A stretch of 63,766 bases of DNA, filler included, from Octopus bimaculoides (Eukaryota), in the NCBI RefSeq assembly GCF_001194135.2. It is 3 parts of 3 records of this genome, joined end to end, with 100 filler letters (N's around TTAATTAATTAA, not from the genome) between each part and the next. Parts side by side here need not be neighbours in the genome. Positions count along the whole stretch, not along the records: positions 19,006 to 41,487 come from NC_068981.1; 2 more parts are not named here. One strand, written 5' to 3'. Positions 24,086 to 37,330 of the stretch are shown one piece after another. Below the pieces are notes generated by a model. It made no database searches. It was given only the letters and a program-made list of their open reading frames with translations, and was not told the origin of the DNA. The position numbers and the translations under genes were made by a program. Numbering within the stretch: the first letter of the stretch is position 1; the number at the start of each line of letters is the position of its first letter.

Positions 24086-24679
24086 AAAATAGAGAGATTA
24101 AAAGTATTAAAAAAATCATTGCTACTAGCTATGTCCACAGATCAAAACAGTCAAAAGCTGTTATAATTTTTTATCAGTAGTAAAGAAAATATTTGGGAAA
24201 TGTTTACTACCTTATACATATGTGTGTTCGTGTATATGTGTGTGTATGCATATATGCATGTGTACATTTGTGTATATATGTGTACATGCCATATCATTAA
24301 CTGATTCATAAATGAAAGTAGTACTCAAAATTACAGCAACAGACAACATCAGATAATCCAGATCTAATCACTAAGCAGGTGCTATAACACTTAATGTGAG
24401 ATGAGACCAAAGATTTAATATTTATCAGAATGAGTGAGAATGACAGAACCATCCCAACCAAAGCTGTTGACAGCATCCAGAAATCATTGATATAAAGTAA
24501 AAGTAAAATGACTCACCTTATTTATAATTTACTATCACTTTAATAACTGAAACGAAGGCCATCTCCCTGAAGGGATTTGAGATTTGTCTGTTTTCCTACT
24601 AACTAAGACTTTGGTCTCTTTCTAAATTAACTCTAAGATCCTTTGATTCCAAACCTGAAATTTCTTCTCTAGTTCTGAT

Positions 24680-25075
24680 AGTGATTCAGCAATAAGATCA
24701 AGGCCATCAGCGTACAGGAGCTTTCAATGGCAGCATCTCTTAAATTCCTCAGTTATGGCCTGGAGGGCTGTGATAAACAAGCGGGAACTGATAACTGATC
24801 CTCAGTGAACTCCTATTTGTTCACTAAATTCTTGCTATACTCATTGCCAACTTTCACCTTACTGACTGACTCCCTGTACATGGCTTGTACGGCTCTCACC
24901 AACCACTCATCTATCCCTAGCTTCCACATTGTCCACCAGATAAAGGAGTGGGGGACCCTGTCAAAGCTTTCTCCATATCAACAAAAGCCAAATACAGAGG
25001 TTTATTTTGGGCTGAGTATTCTTGAAGTTGCCTCACCAGGAAGATAGCATCAGTAGTGCTTCTTCCTAGCACTAA
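24680..25075 (-). mobile_element. RTE LINE RT core fragment
   Basis: PLYLAFVDMEKAFDRVPH...LGIDEWLVRAVQAMY...GVH*GSV...LQAITEEFK...LLYAD (with frameshifts). Confidence 0.85.
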
Positions 25076-26928
25076 ACTATCTAGGCTAATTCTCTTCCAA
25101 TATATATTGTATTAGAAATTGTAGAGAGATGGCAAAATATGTAGTGTGTGGTTATGTTCCTTTAAAATCTAAGTTCTCATCTTGCCAAGTTTCAATTTTG
25201 CCCTTCGTCTTTCTGTAATGGATGAAATAAGTGTCTGGGAAAATGTAATTCACTGTCAACTAGAAAGTGGTGAACTAGAAATACCATAGACCAATGATTG
25301 AAATCAGTAAATGAACAAAAGAGAATACGATCTTAAATTCCCACTTAAGATATCAAATGAGAAAAAATTGCCTTAGCGTTAAAATTTCTAGTTCTTATTT
25401 TCATTTTCCCTAAATTTTCAGCTTTTGAAGACCAAACACATTCATCAAGCAGAAAAAATGAGAAATAAAATTTATCACTAGAAAACAAAGGGATTTTCTT
25501 GCACTGCAAGTGTTAACCTTCTTTTCGGAAATCTTAGAAATTCTACTAAAAATACATTAATAGCAGCAGTTTAAATTTAGCCAATTCTAAGAAAAATAAG
25601 TACATTGAAAACTATTCAGAAACTGTCAGTAAAATAAACCTTTTTGCCTTCTGATGTTTTTCAGATTATGCATATTTCCTTCAATTTAATCCATTCCTTG
25701 TTCTACTGCTTTGTTTTCTTTATTGAAGAAATATAAAATTTCTGTCAATCCATTTATTATCTAAAAGTTTGAATAATCTGTTCTGATATTAAAATTATGT
25801 TTGACAAGGTAATATTACAAGGAAATATTTAAATGTTACTTTCTGCTGAAGAATTTTAAAAGCTGGATATTTATAAGCTAGAAATAGCATTAAGCAAAGT
25901 AAATCAGATTTGCAAACGTTTTCAAACTTTCCTCAGTCATATATCAACATTACAAGATTTTGCTAAACCTTTTTGCAATGATATGGCTAAAGATCTACAT
26001 ATTTAAAAGCACTATTGATATAATATAATTACCATCATATGTCTACCTACTGATATTCATACCAAAATTTTACAACAAAGCTACTTTCAAGTCTGATCTG
26101 TACTGCTAAGAAATGTGCTTTATATATATATATGTTTTATGTATGCGTTTGTGCACATACACACACACAGTATGCTTGTGTGTGTGTATGTGTGTGTGTG
26201 TATGTGTGTGTGTGTATGTGCATACGCACACATACATGCACATACATACATACATACATACATACATACATAAACATAAACAGTAAGTAGTTCATAAGTT
26301 GAATCTGGGAAAACTAAGATTTAAATTAAAAAAAAGACTCAATAAAAGAAAGAGTAAAATGAATGCAATTTTATATGAGTAAATGCTTTCCTCTTGTAGA
26401 AATACTTTGACATTGAAGTATGTATTTCTTTAACTGTAACGTATACAACCACCACCACCACCACCACCGCTGCCGCCGTCACCACCACTATCATCATTTT
26501 AACCTCCACTTTTCCATGCTTGCTTGGAGTCGACAACATTCATTGAGGCAGATTTTCTATGGTGAGATACCTTCTATGTTACTAACCCTAACCTGTCCCT
26601 ATATAAGGTAACATTCTCCTCATATTTCAAACACAAATAGCAGAATACCCAGACAAGATTTCATAGAAGGTTGTATGCATATGTTTTTTGTTCTGTGTGC
26701 ACCATAAATATCGCTATCAATTTAGAGAAAAATTTGTAGTTTTGGAATCAGTAGTTCTTTGGCTGCTATTTCTGAATTCTCAGCATGTTGGAGAAGCATG
26801 ATACTGCTAATCCCTATATATTTATGATTATAAATGGTTTTACCAATAAGGTTTTTTCATACTGAGCTACCCGGCAAAATTGTTAATTAATAATTTTATT
26901 ACTAATTGACGATTCCCTGCCCTGTATA

Positions 26929-26979
<51 letters not shown>

Positions 26980-26981
<2 letters not shown>

Positions 26982-27115
26982 TCATCATCATCATCATCAT
27001 CATCACGCTGGCATGGGTTGGATGTTTCGACTAGGGCTGGTAAGCTGAGGGGCTGCACTAAACTCCAGTCTGATTTGGCATGGCTTCTACACCTGGATGC
27101 CCTTCCTAACGCCAA
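26980..27115 (-). mobile_element. Short RTE 3' end (a more diverged one lies at about 26455-26620)
   Basis: (CAT)n + GCTGGCATGGGTTGG...CTGGATGCCCTTCCTAACGCCAAC. Confidence 0.75.
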
Positions 27116-27629
27116 CTACATACATGCACACACACACACACATACACACACAAATATATATATATCAATTAATCAAAGGATACAGTATTACAGATCCATT
27201 ACAGCCAATCTTACCAATCAGCTTTCCACTTGGTATTAAAACTTGATGTTAGATGACAGGTCAGTTAAGTAATGCTATTTGGTCTTCTGAGATAGCATCT
27301 ATGGAAAAAAAAACCTGACAACTGCTCTTTGGTTAATATACACACTCTATACAGACTGCATATAATTTGACCTATGGGTTCTTAGAGAGTATATATATTT
27401 TATATATACATGTGTGTGTGTGCGCGTGTGTGTGTGTGTATGTCTATTTGTGTATATGTGTATGTATAAGTATATGCATGTATACATAAATGTGCCAAAA
27501 GATCACTGGATGATTTGCAGAGTCCATATAAGGTAGTAACTTATCAATAAGAATGTTTTACACACTCTTCTGAAACTTAAAGTAATGAGATTCTCAGTCA
27601 AATTGTTAATACAAATGTCTGTGTGCATG

Positions 27630-29563
27630 TGCATACGCTTCATAAATGTTGTTATACCATATCATGTCTAGTGAGATTGTAGAGATGCTTGAATGGAGAT
27701 GTGCAGATGTATGCTGCATACAAGAGGTAAGGTGGAGAGGAGCTTCAGCCAGGGTCCTCACATGCAAAGCACATAGGTATAAAATCTTCTGGGAAGGTAA
27801 CAGTGATAGAGTAGGGGGTGTAGGCATACTCCTTGAGGAGAAATGGGTGGATAAGGTCATAGAGGTAGTCAGGGTATGAGATAGAGTGCTTAATCTCAGG
27901 CTAGTCCTGCAGAATAGTATAGCTACAATTATCTCTTCCTACGCCCCACAAACGGGCCTACCAGATGATCAGCAAGACCACTTTTATGACACCCTTCTAC
28001 AGGCCACCTCAAAGGCAAGTGGCAATAATCTCAACTTTGTGGCTGGAGATTTTAATGGGCATGTCAGATGGCAATCCGGTATCTTCCATGGTGTTCACAG
28101 GGACCATGGAATTGGTTCCTGATACAAAGAAGGAACTAAGCTACTGGAGTTCTGTGATGCATGCAACCTATTAATCTGCAACACTAACTTCAGGAAGCCA
28201 GACAGCCACCTGATAACCTATCAATCAGGCGACTCTGCTAGCCAGATTGATTTCATCCTCACCAGACAGTGGGATGCAGGGTTGCTCTTAAATACAAAGA
28301 TCCTCCCTGTTGAAGAAAATACCCCCCAGCATAGACTAGTTATTAGTGACCTTAGACTCGAGGCCAGAAGGATGCTAAGAAGCAGACCAATCCAGAAAAG
28401 AAGAATTTTCACCGGAAAGATAGCTTTCATATGCGGAAGATGCATAGGGGCAATAAATACTGCAGATGCTCAGAAAACTGATTCCATCACATGCCAGGGG
28501 GAGAAACTAGAAATAGTTGATAGCTTCCACTACCTAGGTGACCAAGTCTGTAGTAGGAATGGATGCTCAGAAATCGTTGGCACTAGAATAAGTATAGCCT
28601 GGGCCAAGTTCAGAAAGCTCCTACTCCTACTGGCGACAAAGGACTTCTCACTCAGGGTGAAAGGTAGATTGCATGGTGCATGTGTGTGAACAGCCATGCT
28701 ACACAGCAGTGAAACATAGGCTGTGACTGTTGAAGACATGCGTAGGCTTGAAAGAAATGAAGGTAGTATGATCTGCACACATGACAGAGTGTAAGTGCCC
28801 TGAGAGAAATGTTGGATATAAGAAGCATCAGATGTGGTGTGCAAGAGGGTTGACTGCACTGGTATGGTCATGTGCTATGTATGGATGAGGAGAGCTGTGG
28901 AAGAGGGAGACCCATGGAAGAGGGAGACCCAGGAAGACATGGGATGAGGTGGTGAAGCATAACCTTTAAACATTGGGCCTCACAGAGGCAATGACAAAAG
29001 ATCGAGACCTCTTGAGATATGCTGTGATTGAGAAGACCCAGCAAGGAAAGTGAGGTCACAGCCATACCCTACACCAGTGTCACATAACCAGTCCATTTAA
29101 AAAGTACCTTTGGATCATCGGGCGACATGCTGTGCTTGAGGAGACCTATTGAATCAAGTAAATCAAAATGAAAATGAAAATCAAATCAAATCGCAATCAA
29201 ATGGAAATTGTAGTTATGGCTGATACCAGTTCTGGTGGAATGCAATAAGCACCATTCATGCATGGGTAATTGCCAGAGCTTCCTGACTGGCTCCCCATGC
29301 CAATGACATGTAAGAAACAACCTTCCAAATGTGTTCGATGCCAGCACCCCCCGCCCCAACTAGCTCCTGTGCCAGTGGCATGTAAAAAGCATCCACTACA
29401 CTCCCGGAGTGGGTGGTGTTAGGAAGGGCATCCAGCTGTAGAAACATTCCCAGATCAGATTGGAGCTTAGTGCAGCCTCCTGGCTTGCCAGTCTCCAGTC
29501 AAACTATCCATCCCATGCCAGCATGGAAAACGGACATTAAATGATGATGATGATGATGATGAT
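27630..29563 (+). mobile_element. Internally deleted RTE LINE (AP endonuclease + thumb + 3' UTR; RT core absent)
   Basis: APE motifs CCIQEVRW, GVGILL, YAPQ, AGDFNGHV, ICNTNF, SQIDFIL, QHRLVISD, then directly FTGKIAFICGRC...FHYLGD...RISIAWAKF...KGRLHGACV; (GAT)n tail. Confidence 0.9.
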
Positions 29564-31394
29564 TACTAATTACTAATTTATGTTATACCAATCACCTATG
29601 AAGAAGAACCTGTACAATCTTTGGTAAATGAAACAAATGAAATCAAAGAGGCAGGCCAGTGACAACAAGCAGAGATTTTAAAAGCATTAAAAGCACGTAT
29701 CATATAACTGGGAATGTCCGTCATCACCTGCCAATTGGATATCATTATGATTTTGATACTGTAAAGCAGGATCACTACTTTTATTGACATTGGATCTTTC
29801 CAATGAAACCATCCTTGCAATTCAACCCCACTTTATGACTAACTAATTATCTTCCCTTACAATGTCTCTGTATCTACAGATAGTATTGAATCTGTTCATA
29901 TTTATTGTCTTTAACAATCACCTTTGTTTACTATTACCCACCACTTTCTCTGTCTCTCTCATGTCACTTTTTATTTACATTCAACACTTTTTGGATGTTG
30001 ACACTGTCCATATCCACTATTATCCATTACACACACACACACACAAACTCTCTGTCTCTCTCACTTCATCTCTCTTTTCCAGTACTTTTATCATTCTCCA
30101 CCTACAGGAGCTGCCTATCAACAAGTCTCTTCAATTACTTCCATCCCTACCATCCTCTTGCACCTATCACTTTGGTAATCCTGTCATATCCATGCTCCCT
30201 CTTCTTTTCACCCTCTTGAAAATGTTTGCCTTGAACAGATGGAGACAAAAAAGAGAGGTCTCTTTAGTCTTGTAGAAACCAAGGCAAACTTTCCAGTACA
30301 GGCGCCATGATGAATTGCATCCACCACAGTTCTGTTGATATTTAATACTGAAGTGACAAGATTTTCATTGCAGCTATAACTTCCATTTTATGCTTATTAA
30401 AAACGTATTATCTATAGAAAAGTAAGAAAATGCTTATGGACTAAATTAAGGAATCTTTTGCTGTATTAGAAAAAGCATGTAAATTTAGATAGGGATTAAG
30501 CAAGATTATTTTCCTTTTTATTTATGTTTGTATGCCTGATATTAGTTTGTTTCATATATTGAACAACTTTCATTTAGAACCACTCTGCTAAAGTATTATA
30601 ATAAGAGGTGTACTAGAAAAAGTCTTCATTGAAAGTGGTGTTGAATAGCTATCTGCTGATATTACTCATGTATAATTAGTTTATTTATATGTAAGAGCTT
30701 TCCATTTATCTTTCTGTAAGGAAGATATTTGCTTGCATTTAAATTTAGTGATATCCAGGAAATTAAAAATTTTAATATTAATGTGGACTATAATTCTTAG
30801 ATTGGATTCACAAATAGATCTATTACATCTTATCTCCATCTATAAAGGGTAGGGTCATTGGAGAGGTGTGATATGATCATGTGATCATATCAATGAAAGC
30901 TTCATTCTAATGGGAAAATCTACTTGCTCATAAAACACTGCTCCATTATAGCTTCACATAGCCACCCTGAAATGATCATTACCATTGTACTTAATGCAAA
31001 GAAATTGTCATGGAATATCACAATATGTATGATTTAATATGCAAAAAATTATGAGAGTGCTCAAAAAGCCCAAATCATAGACGAATTTGTGCTCCCAGTA
31101 TTTCAGCTGTTCTGAACATCATCTGTTTCTGTGTCACCAGGAGTAACAGCAAATTATTATGTACAATTATTGTTCCAGTTTTGCTGATGAAAGCATCAAG
31201 AGACAATGGACTTTTATGAGTGTCTGAAAGTCAGAAAAGCAATGCATTCTGGAATTTATATATATATATATATGTGTTTGTGTATCAGTGTCTGACTTGA
31301 CTTTTCATTTCAAGTGTCTCTTCATATTAACTGTACTTATATATCATTGTGTGGGCATATATATATCATCATCATCATCATCATNNNNNNNNNN

Positions 31395-31425
<31 letters not shown>

Positions 31426-32629
31426 TACATACATGTGTGTTTGCATATATATATACGTGTGTGTGTGTATGATGTATATACAAACACGTGTTGGGATGTA
31501 CAAAGGAAAACTATTTTATGCATATATGTCATCGAGTTTATTCATCCACATGAAGATCACTCTGTCTATATATGTGTATGTTTAATCATATAAATATATA
31601 GGTGTAAACATCAGAAACTGTGCCTCCGTACACTAACCGAAATGCTTACAAGCAGCAACTTTTGTTATGCCAACTATACATTTTTATCAGTGTGTATTCA
31701 AACAGACTGTTCTGGTCATTATAATGCCACAAACTACAACAATACATATAAATAGATAAATGTCCAATGCAATTTAATATAAATGACTAAATGACAGTCT
31801 AGAATAGATAATGCAGAAATATGTTAAAAAGCTAGAAATCAGATAGAAATATATTGGAATGTATAAAGAGTCGAAATGAAATTGTGTTCTAGTTAATATT
31901 TATCCAAGTTTCACTAGGATTAAATATACAGAATCTGTGCTACAAATGATCTCTGATTGCCTGAGAGACATTATTGTCTTGAATCTAGATCTAATGCAAT
32001 GTTGAAGTTATGCCAGTTTCTCACACTTGACTCTACTAGTCGTATTCATTTTTCAAAGATATTATACAGAAGCAATTTAGATGATAGATTTTGGTTCATG
32101 TTTATTCTGTGGGAAAACTATTTACGCTGTTTATCTATTCATTCTTCACACACTAAAGATAATCAGCATAGTAAAACATCAGGTGTTTAAGATGTAAGTA
32201 AATATGTTCTAATGTAAATTCTGATTTTCACAAATTTCCTATTGACATCAAGTAGCAGAAATGGTAAATCATCACACAAAAATGCCATATGCTGTTTAGT
32301 TACATAACATTACATTCTGAATTGGAAATGCAACTATAGGTTAACATTGCCCTTTGTATTTCTGGATCAATAAAATAAGTACCAAACATTAACTGGGACC
32401 CAGTCAATTATTGATTTGAGAGAAAAAGTAATGTGGTTTCTGGTTTCCATGCTCTTTCTTCTATCATTATGCAGTTGAAATAGCAGGTCATTAAACTAAA
32501 TGTCTTGTATTATCTATTTGTATTTACATATTTTTATATTCTGGGCTCTAATCCCACCAGAAGCAACTTTATTGTCCATCCATCTGAGGTTGATATAACA
32601 AGTAGTGATAATCATAAACAGTCTTATGT

Positions 32630-33390
32630 GATTAATCAGTTTGCTTCACAATCACATGTTGTGGGTTCAGTCCCACTGTATTACACCCCGAGCAAGTATC
32701 TTCTCTTATAACTCTGAATTGACAAATGACCTGAGTGTGAATTTGATCGATGGAAACTGTGTGGAAGCTCATTATATATATGTTTGTCCATCTTTATGTT
32801 TGTATCCTTTACTATTTGAGAAACAGTGTTGATTTGTTGATGTACCTGACACATAGCAAAGTGGCGAAAAGAGACTGATATAATAAGTACTAAACTTAAA
32901 GTAAATACTGGAGTTTATTTAACTGGTTAAACCTTTCAAGAGTGGAGGTGCAATGGCCCAATGGTTAGGGCAGCGGACTCGCGGTCATAGGATCGCGGTT
33001 TTGATTCCCAGACCGGGCGTTGTGAGTGTTTATTGAGCGAAAACACCTAAAGCTCCACGAGGCTCCGGCAGGGGATGGTGGCGAACTCTGTTGTACTCTT
33101 CCACCACAACTTTCTCTCACTCTTACTTCCTGTTTCTGTTGTACCTGTATTTCAAAGGGTCAGCCTTGTCACACTGTGTCACACTGAATCTCTCCGAGAA
33201 CTACATTAAGGGTACATGTGTCTGTGGAGTGCTCAGCCACTTGCACGTTAATTTCACGAGCAGGCTCTTCCGTTGATTGGATCAACTGGAACCCTCGACG
33301 TCGTAAGCGACGGAGTGCCAACAACAACAAACCTTTCAAGATGGAGCCTCAGCATAACTGCAGTCCTATTATTGAAATGAATAGAAAAAT
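32630..33390 (+). mobile_element. Old CORE-type SINE interrupted by a younger SINE
   Basis: GGGTTCAGTCCCACTG...GAGCAAGTATCTTC core; the tail AAACCTTTCAAGA|TGGAGCCTCAGCATAACTGCAGTC resumes after the insertion. Confidence 0.6.
32942..33328 (+). mobile_element. Young full-length tRNA-derived SINE with (CAA)n tail and 13-bp TSD
   Basis: A box TGGCCCAATGG, B box GGTTTTGATTCC, tail (CAA)n, perfect TSD AAACCTTTCAAGA at 32929-32941 and 33329-33341. Confidence 0.88.
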
Positions 33391-34531
33391 AAAAAATCTT
33401 TGGTGCAATCAATGGCACCATTTTAACTAATTCGATATCTTTCATCAATGTTATACCCATTTCAGAAACAATTATTGTTACAAGAGTCAAAATGGACTGA
33501 GTTACTAAGGAAATGGATAATCTGCAAAGATGTGACTAGTAATTATCTTTTCAGATAATGGTGCTGTTTTGTTTCCATGATTGCAACATTATCTCTCAGC
33601 AACTCAGAGCTTCTGTCTGCAAATTAAGACCAGGTTGCTGTTATTTGCTTTTAGTTCAATGTCAGACCTGATCAGGCAGCAAATCCCTATTTAAAGACAT
33701 TCTAACCATGACCCTACCATCTTGAATTTTAGATTTTGTATATCTAAGACCATGTTATTGAATGTATCTGTTATTTTTTTTAAGATTGTAGGTTTTTATC
33801 TGAGAGAAATTTAACTATTATTTCTAACTGGTCAAGAAACTTACTGGCTCCCTAAAGTGCATCTATGTAATTCTTTGATGTTAATACAAACAACAATTGA
33901 GGGCTTGATGAATATTTTGTCAGCTGGTGGATCTGCATTCAGTTTTTCCTTCAAGAAAATCTATTTTTGAGGTAGACCAGTATCCAATCCAGAATATATA
34001 TCAATGATCCTCTTATTGATATGGAAACTAGATGTATGTACCAATTCTGTTGTGGTTAGTTTTAGAGATGTAATTAAATGAACACAGGAATCAAAGAAAG
34101 TTTGCAGACTTAGCTGGCCAGAAGCTAATCTTTGCTTCAATGAGATAGCCAACAAATAAATAGATATGAAGAAGAAAAAAGTTCAGTCTTGATTAGGTAT
34201 GGTTCTTTTGTCTAAGACAATTACTGTCAAAATTTATTACATCACTCTGTGGATGGATGATCAAGTTTGTATGGTGTGAGACCATAAGTAAAGAAATTGA
34301 TGGCTTGTATCTTGTCACCACAACTATTTGGGGTATGTGGCTAAGGCAGTTAATAATTAATAAATACATTTAACATTATGTACATAATACAGACTAGTAG
34401 AGTGCACGTCACACTTTGCAGATACTATAGAGTGATATAGATCACTAATACAATAAGTAAAAGCAGAATTTAAGTTCTGCAATCTTGAAAATGCAGCAGG
34501 AAACCACTTCACTATATTTTATTTTGGATTC

Positions 34532-34855
34532 ATCATCATCATCATAGTTTAACGTCCACTTTCCATGCTGGCATGGGTTGGACGGTTTGACTGGGGACTG
34601 GTGAGCCAGATAGCTGCACTGGGCTTCAATCTGATCTGGCAGAGTTTCTACAGCTGGATGCCCTTCCTAACGCCAACCACTTTGAGAGTGTTGTGGGTGT
34701 TTTTACGTGCCATCGGCCAGTCAGGTGGTACTGGCAATGGTCACACTCAAATGGTGTTTTTATGTGTCACCTGCACAGAAGCCAGTCCAGTGGCACTGGC
34801 AATGCCCTCGCTTGAATGTTGTTTTCCATGTATCACCGGCACAAGTGCAAAAATG
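34532..34855 (-). mobile_element. RTE LINE 3' UTR copy
   Basis: Same 3' end and tandem units as 19347-19765. Confidence 0.85.
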
Positions 34856-35739
34856 TATTTCAAATCATTACATTAAAATCTGATTTTAGTTTATATCCAG
34901 GTCATTTCAGTGAAATTAACAAAGATCTGTGGCAAAGGTTCTTAGATTTTTCTTCAAGTTTACACCATTTGTTACTATATATAAGAAGAGTAATTCTTGA
35001 AAATTTTAGCATCATAAGTATTGCTGGTCAGATTTTATGGTCATTTAAAATTTTAGGTAGTTTCCAAAATTTTTGAAGCATTGAATTTCTTTTATTTTTG
35101 GGGCCCATTATTCCAAATAGGTTTGATATCATATCTTGAAAAGTATGTTTCTTTATTCCCCACTCTTCCAAGTCTCACAGACACTAAAGATCAATTCTTT
35201 TAACCCATCCATAGAAGGAAAAATGTCAGCTTTTTAGGCAGCTTAACAACATCTGGTGAGCATCCTGTATTCTCTAATCTTACAGTAAAGTCTGAAATCT
35301 TACCAAGACACTTGAATTTACTTACTGAAAAGTCTGTTTTCTTGTGGCATAAGTGGGGGTGGGTAAAAAATAGGACAAAGTGAAAAATTTAGTGCTTTCT
35401 TTAAATTTTTGAACAAGAATATCTTTTTATCACTAAATCAAAATTAAATAAAACTATATATATTCTAAAAATACACTTCATGATAAGTATAGAAATGCAA
35501 AACCACAGCATTTAAAACTACTCTAAATATCAATTTTCATCTTCTGAAAATGGCTAAAAGTAGAAAATCCTATTTTTGGAGGTAGTTCAAGCAGTGGAAA
35601 TCTATGTGCAACAATTAGAAAAACTTTCAGATCAAAACCCTTGGACATTGACCTCTTGGCTAAATAGCAACAACAACATGATTGGCAAATGAAGATACAT
35701 ACTTTTATACTACCTTTAAAGATTTTATAATATCTTTGG

Positions 35740-36030
35740 TTTCGTGGTTAGGGATCTTCAGCTCATGATTGTAAGGTTGTGAGTTCGTTTCCTAGCAGAA
35801 TAGTGTGTCCTTGAGCAAGACTCTTTATTTCATGTTGCTCCAGTCTAGTACTTGTAATTCAAAGGGCCAGCCTTCTCACTTTCTTTGTCATGCTGAATCT
35901 CCCTGAGAACGATGTTAAGAATATGCTTGTCTATGGAGTGCTCAGCCACTTGCAAGTTAATTTCGTGAGTAGGCTGATCTGTCGATCAGGTCAACTGGAG
36001 CCTTCATTGTCATAACTGACAAAGTGCCAT
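35740..36030 (+). mobile_element. SINE sharing its 3' half with 32942-33328 but with a different central domain
   Basis: tRNA-like head, GTGTCCTTGAGCAAGACTCT...TTGCTCCAG, then TCAAAGGGCCAGCCTT...GGAGTGCTCAGCCACTTGC aligning to 33150-33320. Confidence 0.7.
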
Positions 36031-36764
36031 TTTTTGTTTTTTCTTATAGATTCAGAGAGTTGAAAATAAGAAAAATTCTACTAATCCCATTTTGATAGTT
36101 GATGGGACAATCATGAAAGTTTTCTTAGTCTGTATTTTCCCTCTAAAGCAGAAGAAAAATTAATAAAACAAAAAAAATGTCAGAAATAACATGAAACAGC
36201 AGAATACAAAAGGAATCAAAAGCTATTTGCTAGCCTAACATCTAGTATTTCATCTCATGAATGTTTAGTGTGTAAAACACCACTCGGTACTTTTTCAACT
36301 GTTCTTAAATGGCCATAAAATCTGACTGGTAACAGCTATGGAGCTAAAACTTTTAGGAATTACTCCTCTTATGGATACTAACAAATGATGTAAATTTGAA
36401 GAAAATCTAAGAAACCTTGTGACAGACCTTTGTTGAATTTCATTGGAATGACCCACCCAAAGACAAAATATATAGTCAAGAGATTGCTAACAATACAAAC
36501 CTTTCAGAAGCAGAACAAATTTCAATTTAAACAAGATTTTCATTTAAGGATGAGAAATAGGGCAGATTGCAATGAATTCTGCAACAACACACTTTGTACT
36601 ACTACAACATCTGTAGTTAAGCTTAAACTTACTACAGCCTGGCAAAATTAATATTATTACAACATACATTAAATTAAATATTATAAAAGTATTACATAAT
36701 TTACCTTGTATAGCTTAATGTATAGGGTATTTAGCTCATAATAATAAAATGATTGGTTCAGTTC

Positions 36765-37015
36765 ATAGCAGATCATCAGCATATAGTAGTTCCAAGGGGC
36801 TGCCAGTCTTGAATTCCTCTGTTATAGCCTGGAGGACAATGATGAAAAGGAGAGGGCTAAGGGCTGAGCCTTAATAAACCTCTACTTGTACACCAAATTC
36901 TTTGTTGCACTTGTAGTTAACTATCACCTTACTGACAGCATCTTTGTGCATGGCCTGTACAGCTTTCAACAGCCACTCTTCTACCCTTAGCCTCATCAGT
37001 GCCCATCATGTCACA
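36765..37015 (-). mobile_element. RTE LINE RT core fragment with YADD
   Basis: WALMRLRVEEWLLKAVQAMHKDAVSKV...GSALSPLLFIIVLQAITEEFKTGSPLELLYADDL. Confidence 0.88.
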
Positions 37016-37109
37016 CAGCAGTAGTACTTCAACATTTCATAGTAATACTATGTTGGAACATTACATAGGCAATACTAATACATCTCATTGTTAATATTAC
37101 AATATTACC

Positions 37110-37330
37110 TAAGGTGATGAACTGGCAGAATTGTTAGCATGCCAAATAAAATGCTTATCAGTATTTCATTTGTCTTTATGTTCTGAATTCAAATTCTTCT
37201 GAGGTTGACTCTGCCTTTCATCCTTTCGGGGTCAATAAAATAAGTACCAGTTGAGCACAGGGATTGATCTGATCCACTTAATTCCACCCCTGAACTTGCT
37301 GGCCTTGTGACAAAATTTGAAACCAATATT
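37110..37330 (+). mobile_element. Meta-like SINE
   Basis: AAGGTGATGAACTGGCAG...GCCTTTCATCCTTTCGGGGTCAATAAAATAAGTACCAG. Confidence 0.8.

Noticed and set aside
32945-33015. tRNA gene
   Set aside because: It has A/B boxes but no complete cloverleaf or terminator; it is the head of a TSD-flanked SINE.
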